The notes under the pieces are model-generated. The model saw only the letters and a program-made list of their open reading frames with translations, had not been told where the DNA came from and did no database searches. From a virus (taxonomy: Duplodnaviria; Caudoviricetes), in the IMG/VR virus record IMGVR_UViG_3300020569_000004, positions 1-47,229 of that record: DNA of 47,229 nucleotides, one strand, 5' to 3'. How positions within the stretch are numbered: the stretch's first letter is position 1; each line of letters starts with the position of its first letter. The position numbers and the translations under genes are program-made. Below are positions 1 to 8,732 of the stretch, one piece after another.

Positions 1-1877
1 ACCTTCAGGCCCGCGCCCGCCACCGTGCTACCGATCTGGTCAATGTCGATGCTGATCTCGGCGTCATCCGCCAGGCTGGAATCCGTGATCGTTGCGGCGC
101 TCGCTGCGGTGGTGCTACTGAACTCGCTGGCGTCGATTGAGAGCTTCGTCCCAAGCACGCTGGTGCCCGCCTCGTTTACGTCCACGATCAGCGTCGAGCC
201 GGTCGGTGCTGTGTTCACATTGGCCCGCACCGCCAGCAGCGTGGCCGCAAAGGGCATCCTGAATCTCACCCGGTTGGTGCCGGTGGTGAGCGCGGTGGTC
301 TCGTCGCCAACAGGAATCACGATTACATCGGAATCGCGCTGGTGGGCGTGATCCTCCCTGGCGTAGTCCGCGCTGCTGCCGATGGCTGCAGTGGCCGCCA
401 GGGCGGCGGGAGCTGCGTCGGCGGGGGCGGGGATCGACGGCAACCCGCTCAGGTCCACATAGGCCCCGGTGAACCCCACCCGCGCCATCGCCGCGCCGAT
501 GTTTACCAGGATGGTGCCGGTGTTGCTGTTCACCCGTGCCACGCTGCTTACGGCCTGCACCAATCCGCTGGCCGGGGGTGTGGCCACCATGGCGCCGCCA
601 GCGCCGACATAGAGCCGGTCCCTGATTTGATAGCCGCCGGTATTGAACGGTCGCAGCTCGCCCAGAACGACGGCGTCACCATCGCCGTTTTGGGCCAAGG
701 TGGTCTGCAGGATCCCGATTGCCGGCATGGTCGCCGCGTTGCTCGGGTCGCAGGCGGATACGGTGATGCGGTCGGTGTCGCCGACTGAGCCCGTGGCGTA
801 AACCGCTGTGCCAGCCGCCAAGGGGGCGCCGCTGGTGTTGCGGACGTGGACGTAAAAATCACCGGCGATGCTGCCGTGGATGTGTGGGATGACGACCGGC
901 GCGGTGCCGGTGATCGTGAGGCCGGTGAAGGAGGGGGAATCGTCGGCGCCCAGCTGATCGATTCGTGTCTTATCCGCTGCGCTTTGCAGGCCCGCCAGAG
1001 TGGTAGTGGCTTCAGGCAGCGTCACATCCGCCCCTGTGCTGCTGGCAAGCAGCCTGCTGGAGGCGGTGTAGCTCAGATCTGTGCCCACATTTGCCTGGGC
1101 GCCGGCCTCGATGCCGTCGAGCTTGGTCTTGTCGGCAGCACTTTGAAGACCCGGAACAGTCGCAGTTGCCTCAGGCAAGTTTACATCCGCGCCCGTGCTA
1201 CTTGAAAGAAGCCTTGTGCTGGCCGTATAGCTAAGATCGGTAGCTACGTTTACCTGAGCGCCAGCCTCGACACCATTTAGTTTTGTCTTGTCCGCCCCAC
1301 TCATCAGGCCAGCAACGGCTGTCGTCGCCTCCGGCAGGGTTACGTCTGTGCCCGTGCTTGATTCGAGCAGTCGCGTAGAAGCGGTATAAGATAAATCGGT
1401 GGGAACGTTGACTTGTGCCCCCGCAGCAATTCCATCAAGCTTGGTTTTGTCAGCAGCACTTTGCAGGCCAGGAAGCGATGTGGTCGCTTCGGGCAGTGTT
1501 GCGTCTGCTCCCGTGCTACTAGACAGCAATCGAGAGCTTGCTGTGTAACTTAAATCAGTGCCTACATTTACTTGCGCCCCATCCTCCACGTTGAGCAGAG
1601 TTCTAATCTCAGGAGCCGTCGCGTCCTGTGGATCTCCAGTGCCAGCGGCAATGCGAGCCTTGATTGTTCCACTGGCCATATTTGCCAGTTTTGTGTTGCC
1701 AACAGCGTCAGGGTCGATGGTCCAAGTCAAACCACTGGCCGAAACCGTTATATCCCCCTTGTCGCCATCGGTTACACCACCCGACCCGCCAGAGCCAGGC
1801 GGCCCAGCAATGCCAGGCACTCGAAGAATGATCTTTGGCTGCCCAATGGCGCTTGAAATAGAAACAGACTGGCTCAT
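1..1877 (-). CDS. Tail fibre / receptor-binding structural protein, >625 aa, runs off the window start
   Basis: Not in the ORF track. Manual translation from ATG at 1877 (ATGA overlap with the upstream stop) is open to position 1: MSQSVSISSAIGQPKIILRVPGIAGPPG..DGDKGDITVS..; 4 x 53-aa repeats GAQVNVxTDLSYTASxRLLxSSTGADxTLPEAT..GLQSAADKTKLDG; located in the tail module. Confidence 0.8.
   Translation of the reverse strand, partial: MSQSVSISSAIGQPKIILRVPGIAGPPGSGGSGGVTDGDKGDITVSASGLTWTIDPDAVGNTKLANMASGTIKARIAAGTGDPQDATAPEIRTLLNVEDGAQVNVGTDLSYTASSRLLSSSTGADATLPEATTSLPGLQSAADKTKLDGIAAGAQVNVPTDLSYTASTRLLESSTGTDVTLPEATTAVAGLMSGADKTKLNGVEAGAQVNVATDLSYTASTRLLSSSTGADVNLPEATATVPGLQSAADKTKLDGIEAGAQANVGTDLSYTASSRLLASSTGADVTLPEATTTLAGLQSAADKTRIDQLGADDSPSFTGLTITGTAPVVIPHIHGSIAGDFYVHVRNTSGAPLAAGTAVYATGSVGDTDRITVSACDPSNAATMPAIGILQTTLAQNGDGDAVVLGELRPFNTGGYQIRDRLYVGAGGAMVATPPASGLVQAVSSVARVNSNTGTILVNIGAAMARVGFTGAYVDLSGLPSIPAPADAAPAALAATAAIGSSADYAREDHAHQRDSDVIVIPVGDETTALTTGTNRVRFRMPFAATLLAVRANVNTAPTGSTLIVDVNEAGTSVLGTKLSIDASEFSSTTAASAATITDSSLADDAEISIDIDQIGSTVAGAGLK
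955..1580 (-). repeat. Four tandem 159-bp (53-aa) coding repeats in the tail fibre
   Basis: GAQ codons start at 1580, 1421, 1262 and 1103; protein conserved, synonymous sites diverged. Confidence 0.9.
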
Positions 1878-2215
1878 GGTGCGCTGTACCCCTGAGAAAC
1901 AAAGGCAAGGCCTTCAAGAAGATAGAAAGGACGAGAACTTGAATCGACTACAAGCAAATCATAAAAGCATTCACACGGGAGACTTATGGTACTTGCCGCA
2001 GGCAGGGTCCAGCGGAACTGCCCGAGGACTCGACTGACATATTCTATTGTAAAGTCTGCAAACTTATTCGCCCTGGTCTTATCCCAAATCTGAGAATAAA
2101 TATTCGCCCCCGTCAAATCAATATTGTTATCCGCTTCGTCAAGCAATTCAACCAGATAGCTGAAATTTGATCGCCTCTGGAGCTGTATATTGAATTTTGC
2201 GGGTTGAATTGACAT
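1874..2215 (-). CDS. Tail/baseplate-associated beta-sandwich adaptor protein
   Basis: 113 aa; IDLTG..SQIW..YDLLV..YLLEG pattern typical of small proteins preceding fibre genes; coupled to the fibre gene. Confidence 0.6.
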   Translation of the reverse strand: MSIQPAKFNIQLQRRSNFSYLVELLDEADNNIDLTGANIYSQIWDKTRANKFADFTIEYVSRVLGQFRWTLPAASTISLPCECFYDLLVVDSSSRPFYLLEGLAFVSQGYSAP

Positions 2216-2234
2216 CTCTACTTTAAGCAGTCAG

Positions 2235-2615
2235 TCAAACGTACTCTGTAACCTGAGCCGCACCATTCGCGCTAGCCCAAATACCATAAATAGTGTTGCC
2301 AAAAATTAACTGTTGATCAAACAGCCTAAATTCACCCGCCTGCATCTCAATAAAACAGTTTGCAACAGTTGCTGGATTTGAAAAGCTAAGATAAAGCTTT
2401 GAGGTGCTGATATTACTAATGGAAACCCCCTTCCTTGCCGTATTTGCAGCAAGAATCGGAACGCTGCTTGCATTGCTCGCAATACTCGTTGTCGCTGGAG
2501 CCCTGAGCGGGGAAGCGCTAAATTGATCAATCTTGATCTCGCCACTAGCGGTTACGCCAACAGGCTTATCTGCCCCATTTGGCCCCCTGCCAATCAGAAA
2601 AGCGCCCGCAGACAT
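2235..2615 (-). CDS. Virion structural protein (hypothetical)
   Basis: 126 aa, Ala/Ser/Thr-rich beta protein (ILAANTARKGVSISN..LYLSF) in the tail module. Confidence 0.55.
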   Translation of the reverse strand: MSAGAFLIGRGPNGADKPVGVTASGEIKIDQFSASPLRAPATTSIASNASSVPILAANTARKGVSISNISTSKLYLSFSNPATVANCFIEMQAGEFRLFDQQLIFGNTIYGIWASANGAAQVTEYV

Positions 2616-2660
2616 ACCCGTTCAGCTGCTACACACTCAATCTAGCGAGCCGCCCCAGGC

Positions 2661-2687
2661 AAAGAAAAACCCCTCCCGAAGGAGGGG
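2661..2687 (-). terminator. Intrinsic terminator after the tail tube gene
   Basis: Minus strand CCCCTCC-TTCG-GGAGGGG followed by TTTTTCTTT. Confidence 0.85.
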
Positions 2688-2708
2688 CCGGATGATCGCA
2701 AAGGATGA

Positions 2709-3461
2709 TCAGGACTTCACTAGATCGAAGACAGGAGCCTCCGAGGGGCGGAAATTGATCGAGATGGACTGGGCATCGTCAGGGTTGACGTTCAGGCTTG
2801 CAGAGGTCAGAACGATCTTGGTCTGGATCGAGCGGCTCAGGGGATCATTGAGGGTACCGCCGGAGAACACCTGATCGATGTAGAGCTTCACCGCAGCACC
2901 AGTTTGACGACGCTGAATCACGTCCTCGATCATGCGGTTGGAGATAGACTCTTCTTCGTCAGTGGTGTAGATAGTAGCGGTGCCACTGCCATCTGCAAAA
3001 CCAGTGACGTACTTGCGGAACGGTGCATACTGCCCAGTGCCCTGACCAATAGTGGTCACGTCGATCTCGGAGCGAGTGATTTCAAAGCTCCAATCACGAA
3101 CTTGCCCAACAACAGTGAACCCATTGTAAACAATCTTCGCCTTCGCCGCTCCAAAACCAGAAGGCTGAGCAGTAGCAGTTGCAGCGGTGCCACCGGCAGT
3201 AGAGCTAATCGTCATCACGCCCGTGGTCGGATCGTAAGTTTTGACGAAGTAGTTGCCAGCAGCAATTGCGTTGGTAACAGTTGCGCCCACCGGATAGCTA
3301 AGAGTGATCGGATCATTCACTCGAAAGCCGAGAAAAACGCCAACAGTGATGTTGGCCCCAGTGGCAGGAAAGGCGGTGGCGAGAAGACAGGCTTCAGTGT
3401 TGGCGGGCTTATAGTAAAAAGCCCCGGAAGTGCCGGTAAGCACCGTAGTGTCGCAAGTCAT
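2709..3461 (-). CDS. Major tail (tube) protein
   Basis: 250 aa; GQVRDWSFEITRSEIDVTTIG..GFADGSG..SASLNVNPDD..INFRP tube-like motifs; follows the tail terminator gene; has its own terminator. Confidence 0.8.
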   Translation of the reverse strand: MTCDTTVLTGTSGAFYYKPANTEACLLATAFPATGANITVGVFLGFRVNDPITLSYPVGATVTNAIAAGNYFVKTYDPTTGVMTISSTAGGTAATATAQPSGFGAAKAKIVYNGFTVVGQVRDWSFEITRSEIDVTTIGQGTGQYAPFRKYVTGFADGSGTATIYTTDEEESISNRMIEDVIQRRQTGAAVKLYIDQVFSGGTLNDPLSRSIQTKIVLTSASLNVNPDDAQSISINFRPSEAPVFDLVKS

Positions 3462-3525
3462 GATTGCTTTACACAGAACAGCAGTACGGGCACTGCCCGG
3501 TTACATTCAGAATAGCCGTAGCCGA

Positions 3526-4020
3526 TCACTCAGAGCAGGGCACCATGGCCTGCCAACCAGCAGAGATCTTGCCCATAAAATGAGGCGAATAAGACGAAAG
3601 AGATGGTTCAATTGATTCCGCTCTTTCCCTGATGAAATCCGGCCCCGTAATCGGCCCAGTCCTTACAAATACTTGATCCACGTTCTTCTTTGTCGCCCCA
3701 AGCTGAGTAATAACTTTTGCCGCAATGCCAATAAGCTCCTGGCATCTTGCAGGCCCGCCCCCAAGAGGAGCGAAACAGCGAACGATGAGAGCACCTCTCG
3801 CGTTTTTCACTGTTTGAGATATGCCTGACTCATTCATCAGCCCAAAGGTTAAGTTAACGCGAATGTATTCCTTCGGGGGGTCGGGCGGGACTGCTGTAAT
3901 GTTGTCAAAGTAGACCGGTACGGGCGGAACCTGAGAATTAAAAGCAGTCAGCAGAGGCGCCTCAATAGCAGCTCTGATGCGCTGATATTCCGTTAAGCCG
4001 TTAAGTATTTGATCTGGCAT
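3526..4020 (-). CDS. Tail terminator / tail completion protein
   Basis: 164 aa; VYFDN..P..YIRVNL..G.LIVRCFAP.G.G pattern; position directly before the tube gene. Confidence 0.65.
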   Translation of the reverse strand: MPDQILNGLTEYQRIRAAIEAPLLTAFNSQVPPVPVYFDNITAVPPDPPKEYIRVNLTFGLMNESGISQTVKNARGALIVRCFAPLGGGPARCQELIGIAAKVITQLGATKKNVDQVFVRTGPITGPDFIRERAESIEPSLSSYSPHFMGKISAGWQAMVPCSE

Positions 4021-4619
4021 CAGAACCTAACTCTGTCTGACTGAGAAAACCTAAAGCCCCGAGCAAGATCACCTTGCATGACGGACTGAACATAGGTCTC
4101 GAACCAGTCTTGCGGGGCGGTGATGGAAGAGCTGGCCTCCTCTCCGTAGCCAAGGTAGGCAATCTGGTAGCGCAAATGCTCTAGCTGACCATTTTCATCT
4201 CCCGGCCGAGGCCCCCCCTCTATCTGAGGCTTCAAGGGCTGACCAATCTGGTAAAAGGTCGCCTCTTCTTTGTCAATCGCAATATCAGCATGTGGAGCAG
4301 TATTGACTATTTCAAACTTAATGGAACGCCCCCCGCGATCCAGGGCTCTTTCAAACTTTCTAAGCTGAAAGTTTCTGTAAGTATATTCGTAAATACCATC
4401 CCCACCCCTGCCGCCACTCGGAGGCGTTTCCCCTGGAGCGACCACATACCAGGAACGAGAAAATTCGCCACTCCAGCCAGGGCCTGCATCAACAAGGCCG
4501 TTCACAATCTCAACAGCAGCATCACGAATCCCGCGAGAAATAACAGGAGTCAGGTCTCTCTGAACCTGTTTTGCAAGTCCCATCAGGGATCGCCTGGATG
4601 AAGCACTCCGCCTAGCCAT
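4020..4619 (-). CDS. Neck / tail completion protein (HK97 gp10-like)
   Basis: GP.WSGEFSRSW and I.NTAPHA motifs; synteny. Confidence 0.55.
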   Translation of the reverse strand: MARRSASSRRSLMGLAKQVQRDLTPVISRGIRDAAVEIVNGLVDAGPGWSGEFSRSWYVVAPGETPPSGGRGGDGIYEYTYRNFQLRKFERALDRGGRSIKFEIVNTAPHADIAIDKEEATFYQIGQPLKPQIEGGPRPGDENGQLEHLRYQIAYLGYGEEASSSITAPQDWFETYVQSVMQGDLARGFRFSQSDRVRF

Positions 4620-4996
4620 CAGCTCAACCTCCCAACAACTACATGCAGTATAGGATTATCCCCTCGATAGGACATAATGCCAACAATCTTCGCCGTTCTT
4701 TGCGCCCCATCTTGCAAATATCGCACAGAATCAGTAGTTCTCGGATAATACTCTCCGAGTGACGAAGCTGAGATCAGAATCTTCACATCTGTCATCTGAT
4801 AAAGCCCCTGCACCTCTTCCGGTCTGAGCTGAGTCGGGAGAAGCTTGATAGGAACCTCCGAATCACATCCCATCACCGTCCCGGTATATGGGTCATACTG
4901 CTGATTCTGAGATGACTTAATATAAGTGCCAGAAATTCCCCACTGAGCAATCAGCGGCCCCGGAATCTTCCCAAATACACGATCGGCAAGAGACAT
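4619..4996 (-). CDS. Head closure / head-tail joining protein
   Basis: 125 aa, YDPYTG and DVKILI motifs; synteny. Confidence 0.6.
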   Translation of the reverse strand: MSLADRVFGKIPGPLIAQWGISGTYIKSSQNQQYDPYTGTVMGCDSEVPIKLLPTQLRPEEVQGLYQMTDVKILISASSLGEYYPRTTDSVRYLQDGAQRTAKIVGIMSYRGDNPILHVVVGRLS

Positions 4997-5002
4997 AAGA
5001 AA

Positions 5003-5665
5003 TCAAAGAGGATTGCTGTACCAGCCCCCAGAGACCGGATAAACCATGCCGCCCGCAAAAGTTACACGTCGCCCCCTAAAAGCCCCAGCAGCGTAATACT
5101 TGTCAATTCTTGCAGAGCTATCTTTTGTAAGATGAGACTGATGAAAGCTACTATCAATGATATACTTTGAAAGAATATCCATCGCAAACGGTGGAATAAA
5201 CTCAAAGCCCGACTGCACCGTGTCTCGGTCTCGATATTTGACCTGAAGAGATCCGCTGCCGAGATTCACTTCATCATACTGATCGTTCTCTCTCAGCAAA
5301 ACACCCCCATCATTATCAGCCCCAATACCTGCGTAGCCCCCAGTTGTAGTAAGAAAGGCTGCCATGTAGGAGACAGCAATTTCAAAGTCAAGTGGAAGCT
5401 CGTCGCTCGGAAGAATTCGCCCATCGAGCTTCATGTATCGAGGCCATGCAAGAGACTGCTGAGGGTCAACCAAGGCCCCCTTCCACTTGAGAGGGTTGAT
5501 TGCCATTGTCGCCCCCACAAGCGTCTGCTCTTTTTGCTGATTGCCAAGAGCAAGCCAAGAAGCAATACCTGGACTTTGCGGCAAGTCAGAAAGAAGCGAA
5601 GTGGCCCTCGCTACACTCACGAAAGAATTGGCGTTAGACGCCCCAAGAGTGGAAACGAAGGCCAT
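5003..5665 (-). CDS. Head-tail adaptor (family often annotated as 'DnaT-like ssDNA-binding protein')
   Basis: ANSFVSV..A, WKG....QSLAWPR motifs; directly downstream of the capsid gene. Confidence 0.7.
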   Translation of the reverse strand: MAFVSTLGASNANSFVSVARATSLLSDLPQSPGIASWLALGNQQKEQTLVGATMAINPLKWKGALVDPQQSLAWPRYMKLDGRILPSDELPLDFEIAVSYMAAFLTTTGGYAGIGADNDGGVLLRENDQYDEVNLGSGSLQVKYRDRDTVQSGFEFIPPFAMDILSKYIIDSSFHQSHLTKDSSARIDKYYAAGAFRGRRVTFAGGMVYPVSGGWYSNPL

Positions 5666-5673
5666 TCACGCAA

Positions 5674-5907
5674 TCACTTAGAGGAAGTGACACCAGGGGC
5701 TGCTTTCACCTTAGCCGCAGAAGTGACAGGAGCTTTCGCCTGCACTGGCTTTGACTCAGCCGGTTTCGATTCAGCCGGAGGCTTGATCGAGCATTCAGCA
5801 ACAGGAGCCTCTTCTGCCGGAGACTCCACAGGCGAAACACTCTGCACCTTTTCTTGAGCTTTGCGCTCTTGCGCTTCACGAGCAAGACGGAAGGTAATCA
5901 TGGACAT
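5674..5907 (-). CDS. Small Ala/Pro/Lys-rich protein after the major capsid gene
   Basis: 77 aa; FRLARE N-terminus, low-complexity tail. Confidence 0.55.
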   Translation of the reverse strand: MSMITFRLAREAQERKAQEKVQSVSPVESPAEEAPVAECSIKPPAESKPAESKPVQAKAPVTSAAKVKAAPGVTSSK

Positions 5908-5927
5908 GGCTTGTTTTGCGATTGAGT

Positions 5928-5966
5928 AAGAAAAAGCCCCACCAGCATATTAAATGCCAGCGGGGC
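5928..5966 (-). terminator. Intrinsic terminator after the major capsid gene
   Basis: Minus strand GCCCCGCTGGCAT..ATGCTGGTGGGGC followed by TTTTTCTT. Confidence 0.85.
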
Positions 5967-5987
5967 CCAGCGGTAGTGCAACCGAAG

Positions 5988-6971
5988 TCACACGTAGCAA
6001 CGAAGCTGGGTCAAGCGAATGTTGCGGTCGTCCGTAAACACCTTGGACCAGTTGGCGCCAGTAGCAAGCTCAGTGTTACTGGGCGAGTTGCCGGCAGCAT
6101 TGCCAGTCCAGCTGATGCCGTTGGGATGCACCAGGTAGTGAGTACGGTTGATCAGGAAGTCAACGCCCTTCAGAGTGTCGCGATCGGTTTCCACCGGAGT
6201 CTTGGCAGGAGCAGTCGCATAAGCGAAAGCGCCAGGGCCAAAGAAATAGGTGTGATGAACATCGGTGCCACCAGTGCCGGCACCAGCATCGAAGGGGAGG
6301 GTGTCGTCCACGAACACGGGACGGCCTAGATAAGTACCTAGTTCAAGACGCTCGCGGGAGAGGCGGGTATCCAGCTGGCTGGTCTGGCTCGCAGGAACGA
6401 TCAGATCCAGGTTCATCAGTGCGTAATACACCGGGGAACGCATCAAAATGCCCGTCAGTTCCTGACCAGCGTCACCCAGCTTGGCGATACCGCTCACCAT
6501 AGCTGACTGGCTCAGGGCAGTAGAGGTGCCGCCAACGGCGTGACTGGTCGCCAGGGGACCCCCAGAGACAAACATGCCGCGCAGGATGCTGATCATGGTC
6601 TTCTGCATGTCCCGCACCCAATACTGACCAGTGCGACGAGCAATGGCCTGCATGGGGTCGGAACCAGCCAGCTCACCAGCCAGGTCGGAGGCGCTCCAGG
6701 CGCGGCCACGCACGTTGCGAACACCGGTCTGCAGGTCGCCAGCCAGCACCGAGGGGGTCAGGCCAACAGCGTCATTCAGGATCTCGGAATCGCCCGAGAG
6801 ATCGCCAAAGAAAGGAAGGTCGATGGTTTTGCCGCCTTTGGCGAACTCAGCCTGGATGGCATCATTCGTCACCATCAGGCCAGAATTGACCAGTTGGTTA
6901 CGGTCTTGAACCTCTTCCTGCTGGTATTCCAGGAAGAGCTGTGGGATAAAAGGAACACCAGCGAGCAGCAT
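5988..6971 (-). CDS. Major capsid protein
   Basis: GG.TIDLPFFGDL.GDSE, RGRAWSASDLA.ELAGSDPM.AI, TYLGRPVFVDD, PVETDRD, HPNGISW coat-protein motifs; ATG at 6971 preferred to the track's GTG at 7022. Confidence 0.9.
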   Translation of the reverse strand: MLLAGVPFIPQLFLEYQQEEVQDRNQLVNSGLMVTNDAIQAEFAKGGKTIDLPFFGDLSGDSEILNDAVGLTPSVLAGDLQTGVRNVRGRAWSASDLAGELAGSDPMQAIARRTGQYWVRDMQKTMISILRGMFVSGGPLATSHAVGGTSTALSQSAMVSGIAKLGDAGQELTGILMRSPVYYALMNLDLIVPASQTSQLDTRLSRERLELGTYLGRPVFVDDTLPFDAGAGTGGTDVHHTYFFGPGAFAYATAPAKTPVETDRDTLKGVDFLINRTHYLVHPNGISWTGNAAGNSPSNTELATGANWSKVFTDDRNIRLTQLRCYV

Positions 6972-7169
6972 GGCTTTAGCCTCAAAGAAAAGGGATTGTT
7001 GGAGCGTTTTCAGGTTCGGCACTGCCGACAGAGACGAGGGGCGTCAAACGCCAGCGCTCTCTCAAGACCCAAAGAAAAGATTGCGGTACTACCGCGAAAG
7101 CCTGCCCTCGAAGCACTGCAGCGAGGTTGCCTTACATCGTCACTATAGCAGCCAAATCAAGCAAGCAAC

Positions 7170-7191
7170 AAAAAACCCGGCAAAAGCCGGG
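7170..7191 (-). terminator. Intrinsic terminator
   Basis: Minus strand CCCGGC-TTTT-GCCGGG followed by TTTTTT. Confidence 0.8.
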
Positions 7192-7216
7192 CGAGGAAAG
7201 AGTTGCAGGCAAAAGC

Positions 7217-7507
7217 TCAAGCAGTGACATCCAGGGTCCAACCCTTGCCGGTAGCTACTGCTTTTTCGCCGGTCGTAACCGTAGCATTGCCGGTAGTGCC
7301 ACTGATGTCGAGGGTCTGGGTTCCGGTCACAGTAGGCAGACCAGCAAAAAGCTCGACAAGGTTGGCCCTTGTAAAAGCAGCGGGAATCACGTAGATGCTA
7401 CCACTTGCCATGCCGGCATCATAGGCAATGCGAAGAGCCGTAATCACTTCCTCAACGGCAGAAGTGATCTGCCTTCCAATCACATTGCGATCAGTTTTGT
7501 AGCTCAT
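7217..7507 (-). CDS. Small probable virion/capsid-associated protein
   Basis: 96 aa; own putative promoter and terminator; C-terminal LPTVTG.QTLDISG..AVATGKGWTL motif. Confidence 0.6.
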   Translation of the reverse strand: MSYKTDRNVIGRQITSAVEEVITALRIAYDAGMASGSIYVIPAAFTRANLVELFAGLPTVTGTQTLDISGTTGNATVTTGEKAVATGKGWTLDVTA

Positions 7508-7565
7508 GGTGCGTCTGAGTAGAGTGCCCTACATCAGAATAGCCATGACAGCCGAGGCCCTAGCC

Positions 7566-7757
7566 ATGCCCAAAAGAGAGTACAACACGGCTTACCGGGA
7601 GCCATGGAACGACTTTATTAGGGAGTCGCTAAAAGCGATTGATACCCATAATACAATATATTTTCAAACAAATAATATATGGCATCTGGAGAAAGCAAAA
7701 GAATTAAGAAAACATGTAACCGAATTAAAAGAAATGATTAAGAGGCAGGAGAGATAA
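7566..7757 (+). CDS. Conserved cyanophage-type hypothetical protein, antisense to the structural module
   Basis: MPKREYNTAYREPWN..LKAID.HN..YFQT...WHLEKA..LR..V.ELK resembles a small protein I recall from cyanophages. Confidence 0.65.
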   Translation: MPKREYNTAYREPWNDFIRESLKAIDTHNTIYFQTNNIWHLEKAKELRKHVTELKEMIKRQER

Positions 7758-8057
7758 AAGAAAAATCCATTTATATTTATCAGCCCACCAAGCAGCCGAC
7801 ATCCTCCCCTTTGCAATATTTTTAGCGTGGCGATCCTTCCAACCCTCGCGCCTAAGCCGATAGGCCCTTGATTCGTTTTTCTTTTTTGGAGAACCTTTTA
7901 CGCCTTGCTCTCCAAAGCGAATAAGCTTATACCTTCCGTCTTCTTTCGCCATTACGACATGAGACTTAGTTTTATGGCCGGGAGTTCTCTTGGGCTTATT
8001 CACCCCCGAAAGCCCAAGCTCTTTTATTTTGCTTTTAACTCTCTCTGGAACAGCCAT
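7725..8057 (-). CDS. Small basic conserved phage protein
   Basis: NKPKRTPGH.TKSHVV.AK....KLIRFG.QG..RH..NI.KG.MSAA.WA.K.KW motif, widespread in aquatic phages. Confidence 0.7.
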   Translation of the reverse strand: MAVPERVKSKIKELGLSGVNKPKRTPGHKTKSHVVMAKEDGRYKLIRFGEQGVKGSPKKKNESRAYRLRREGWKDRHAKNIAKGRMSAAWWADKYKWIFLLSLLPLNHFF

Positions 8058-8102
8058 GGCGAAAGCGTGCCTAATTCAGGCTAGCCAAAGCCTCATGAAC
8101 AG

Positions 8103-8357
8103 CTAACTCTTTTTTCGTTTATGGCGGTAGTCTATTCTTTTTGAACTTGTCTTTTTGCGCTTGAACTTTCTCTTCTCTTTTTCGGAAAGCTCTTTTGCGG
8201 TTTTTGGAGTCTCGGAAGAAACACGCTTGGACGGCCTGCAAGCAGGATAACTTCTACGCTTTTCGCCAGTCTTCCGCCCGCAAGGCTTCCCGGTCTTTAT
8301 GTCAACCCACTCCTCGGCAAACCAGCGACCAAGGCCGCCCCGACCACGCTCAGCCAT
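8103..8357 (-). CDS. Small basic conserved phage protein (DUF5872-like C-terminal part)
   Basis: GL.RWF.E.WVD.KTGKPCGR......YPACRPSKRVSS.TPKT motif; TGATG coupling to the upstream ORF. Confidence 0.7.
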   Translation of the reverse strand: MAERGRGGLGRWFAEEWVDIKTGKPCGRKTGEKRRSYPACRPSKRVSSETPKTAKELSEKEKRKFKRKKTSSKRIDYRHKRKKS

Positions 8358-8521
8358 CACCCGCCCCCTTTAGAGGTTTTGTACTTTCCCCCTCGCCTCT
8401 TGTATTCACGAACAAGCCAGCCACTCGCATAGGCGCTCGGGAAAACAGCGAACTTACGCTTAGCTTCGGCCTTGACACGGGCATAAAGAGATTTGTTCGT
8501 TGGAATATTCTTCGCTCTCAC
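8357..8521 (-). CDS. Small basic protein, 54 aa (DUF5872-like N-terminal part)
   Basis: Not in the ORF track; manual translation MRAKNIPTNKSLYARVKAEAKRKFAVFPSAYASGWLVREYKRRGGKYKTSKGGG; GTGA/TGATG coupled on both sides. Confidence 0.75.
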   Translation of the reverse strand: MRAKNIPTNKSLYARVKAEAKRKFAVFPSAYASGWLVREYKRRGGKYKTSKGGG

Positions 8522-8664
8522 TTCTTCTTGCCCTTCTTTTTGCGAGACTTCTTGGCAGTAGAAAGAGCAATTGCAACCGCCTGCTTTTGGGGACGCCCCT
8601 CCTTCCTCAGCTTTTCAATATTGTAAGAAACCGTAGCCCCAGACTTCCCCATTTTCAAAGGCAT
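8518..8664 (-). CDS. Small basic protein, 48 aa
   Basis: Not in the ORF track; MPLKMGKSGATVSYNIEKLRKEGRPQKQAVAIALSTAKKSRKKKGKKK matches the common phage 'PLKKG..NI..EG.PQKQAVAIAL' peptide. Confidence 0.75.
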   Translation of the reverse strand: MPLKMGKSGATVSYNIEKLRKEGRPQKQAVAIALSTAKKSRKKKGKKK

Positions 8665-8687
8665 GACATCAAAGCATCTGCTTACAC

Positions 8688-8716
8688 AATAAAGCCCCCT
8701 CCGGGGGAGAGGGGGC
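8688..8716 (-). terminator. Probable intrinsic terminator
   Basis: Minus strand GCCCCCTC..GAGGGGGC followed by TTTATT. Confidence 0.65.
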
Positions 8717-8732
8717 GGGGAAAAGAATTAGC

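Noticed and set aside
25-2037. Plus-strand and alternative-frame ORFs in the track over the tail fibre (and similar ones over capsid, scaffold, portal and early genes)
   Set aside because: Antisense or out-of-frame shadows of well-supported minus-strand genes.
7016-7028. Iron-responsive element (CAGUG loop)
   Set aside because: Loop similarity only; one sister hairpin has UAGUA, the IRE lower stem and C-bulge are not evident, and IREs are a metazoan system.
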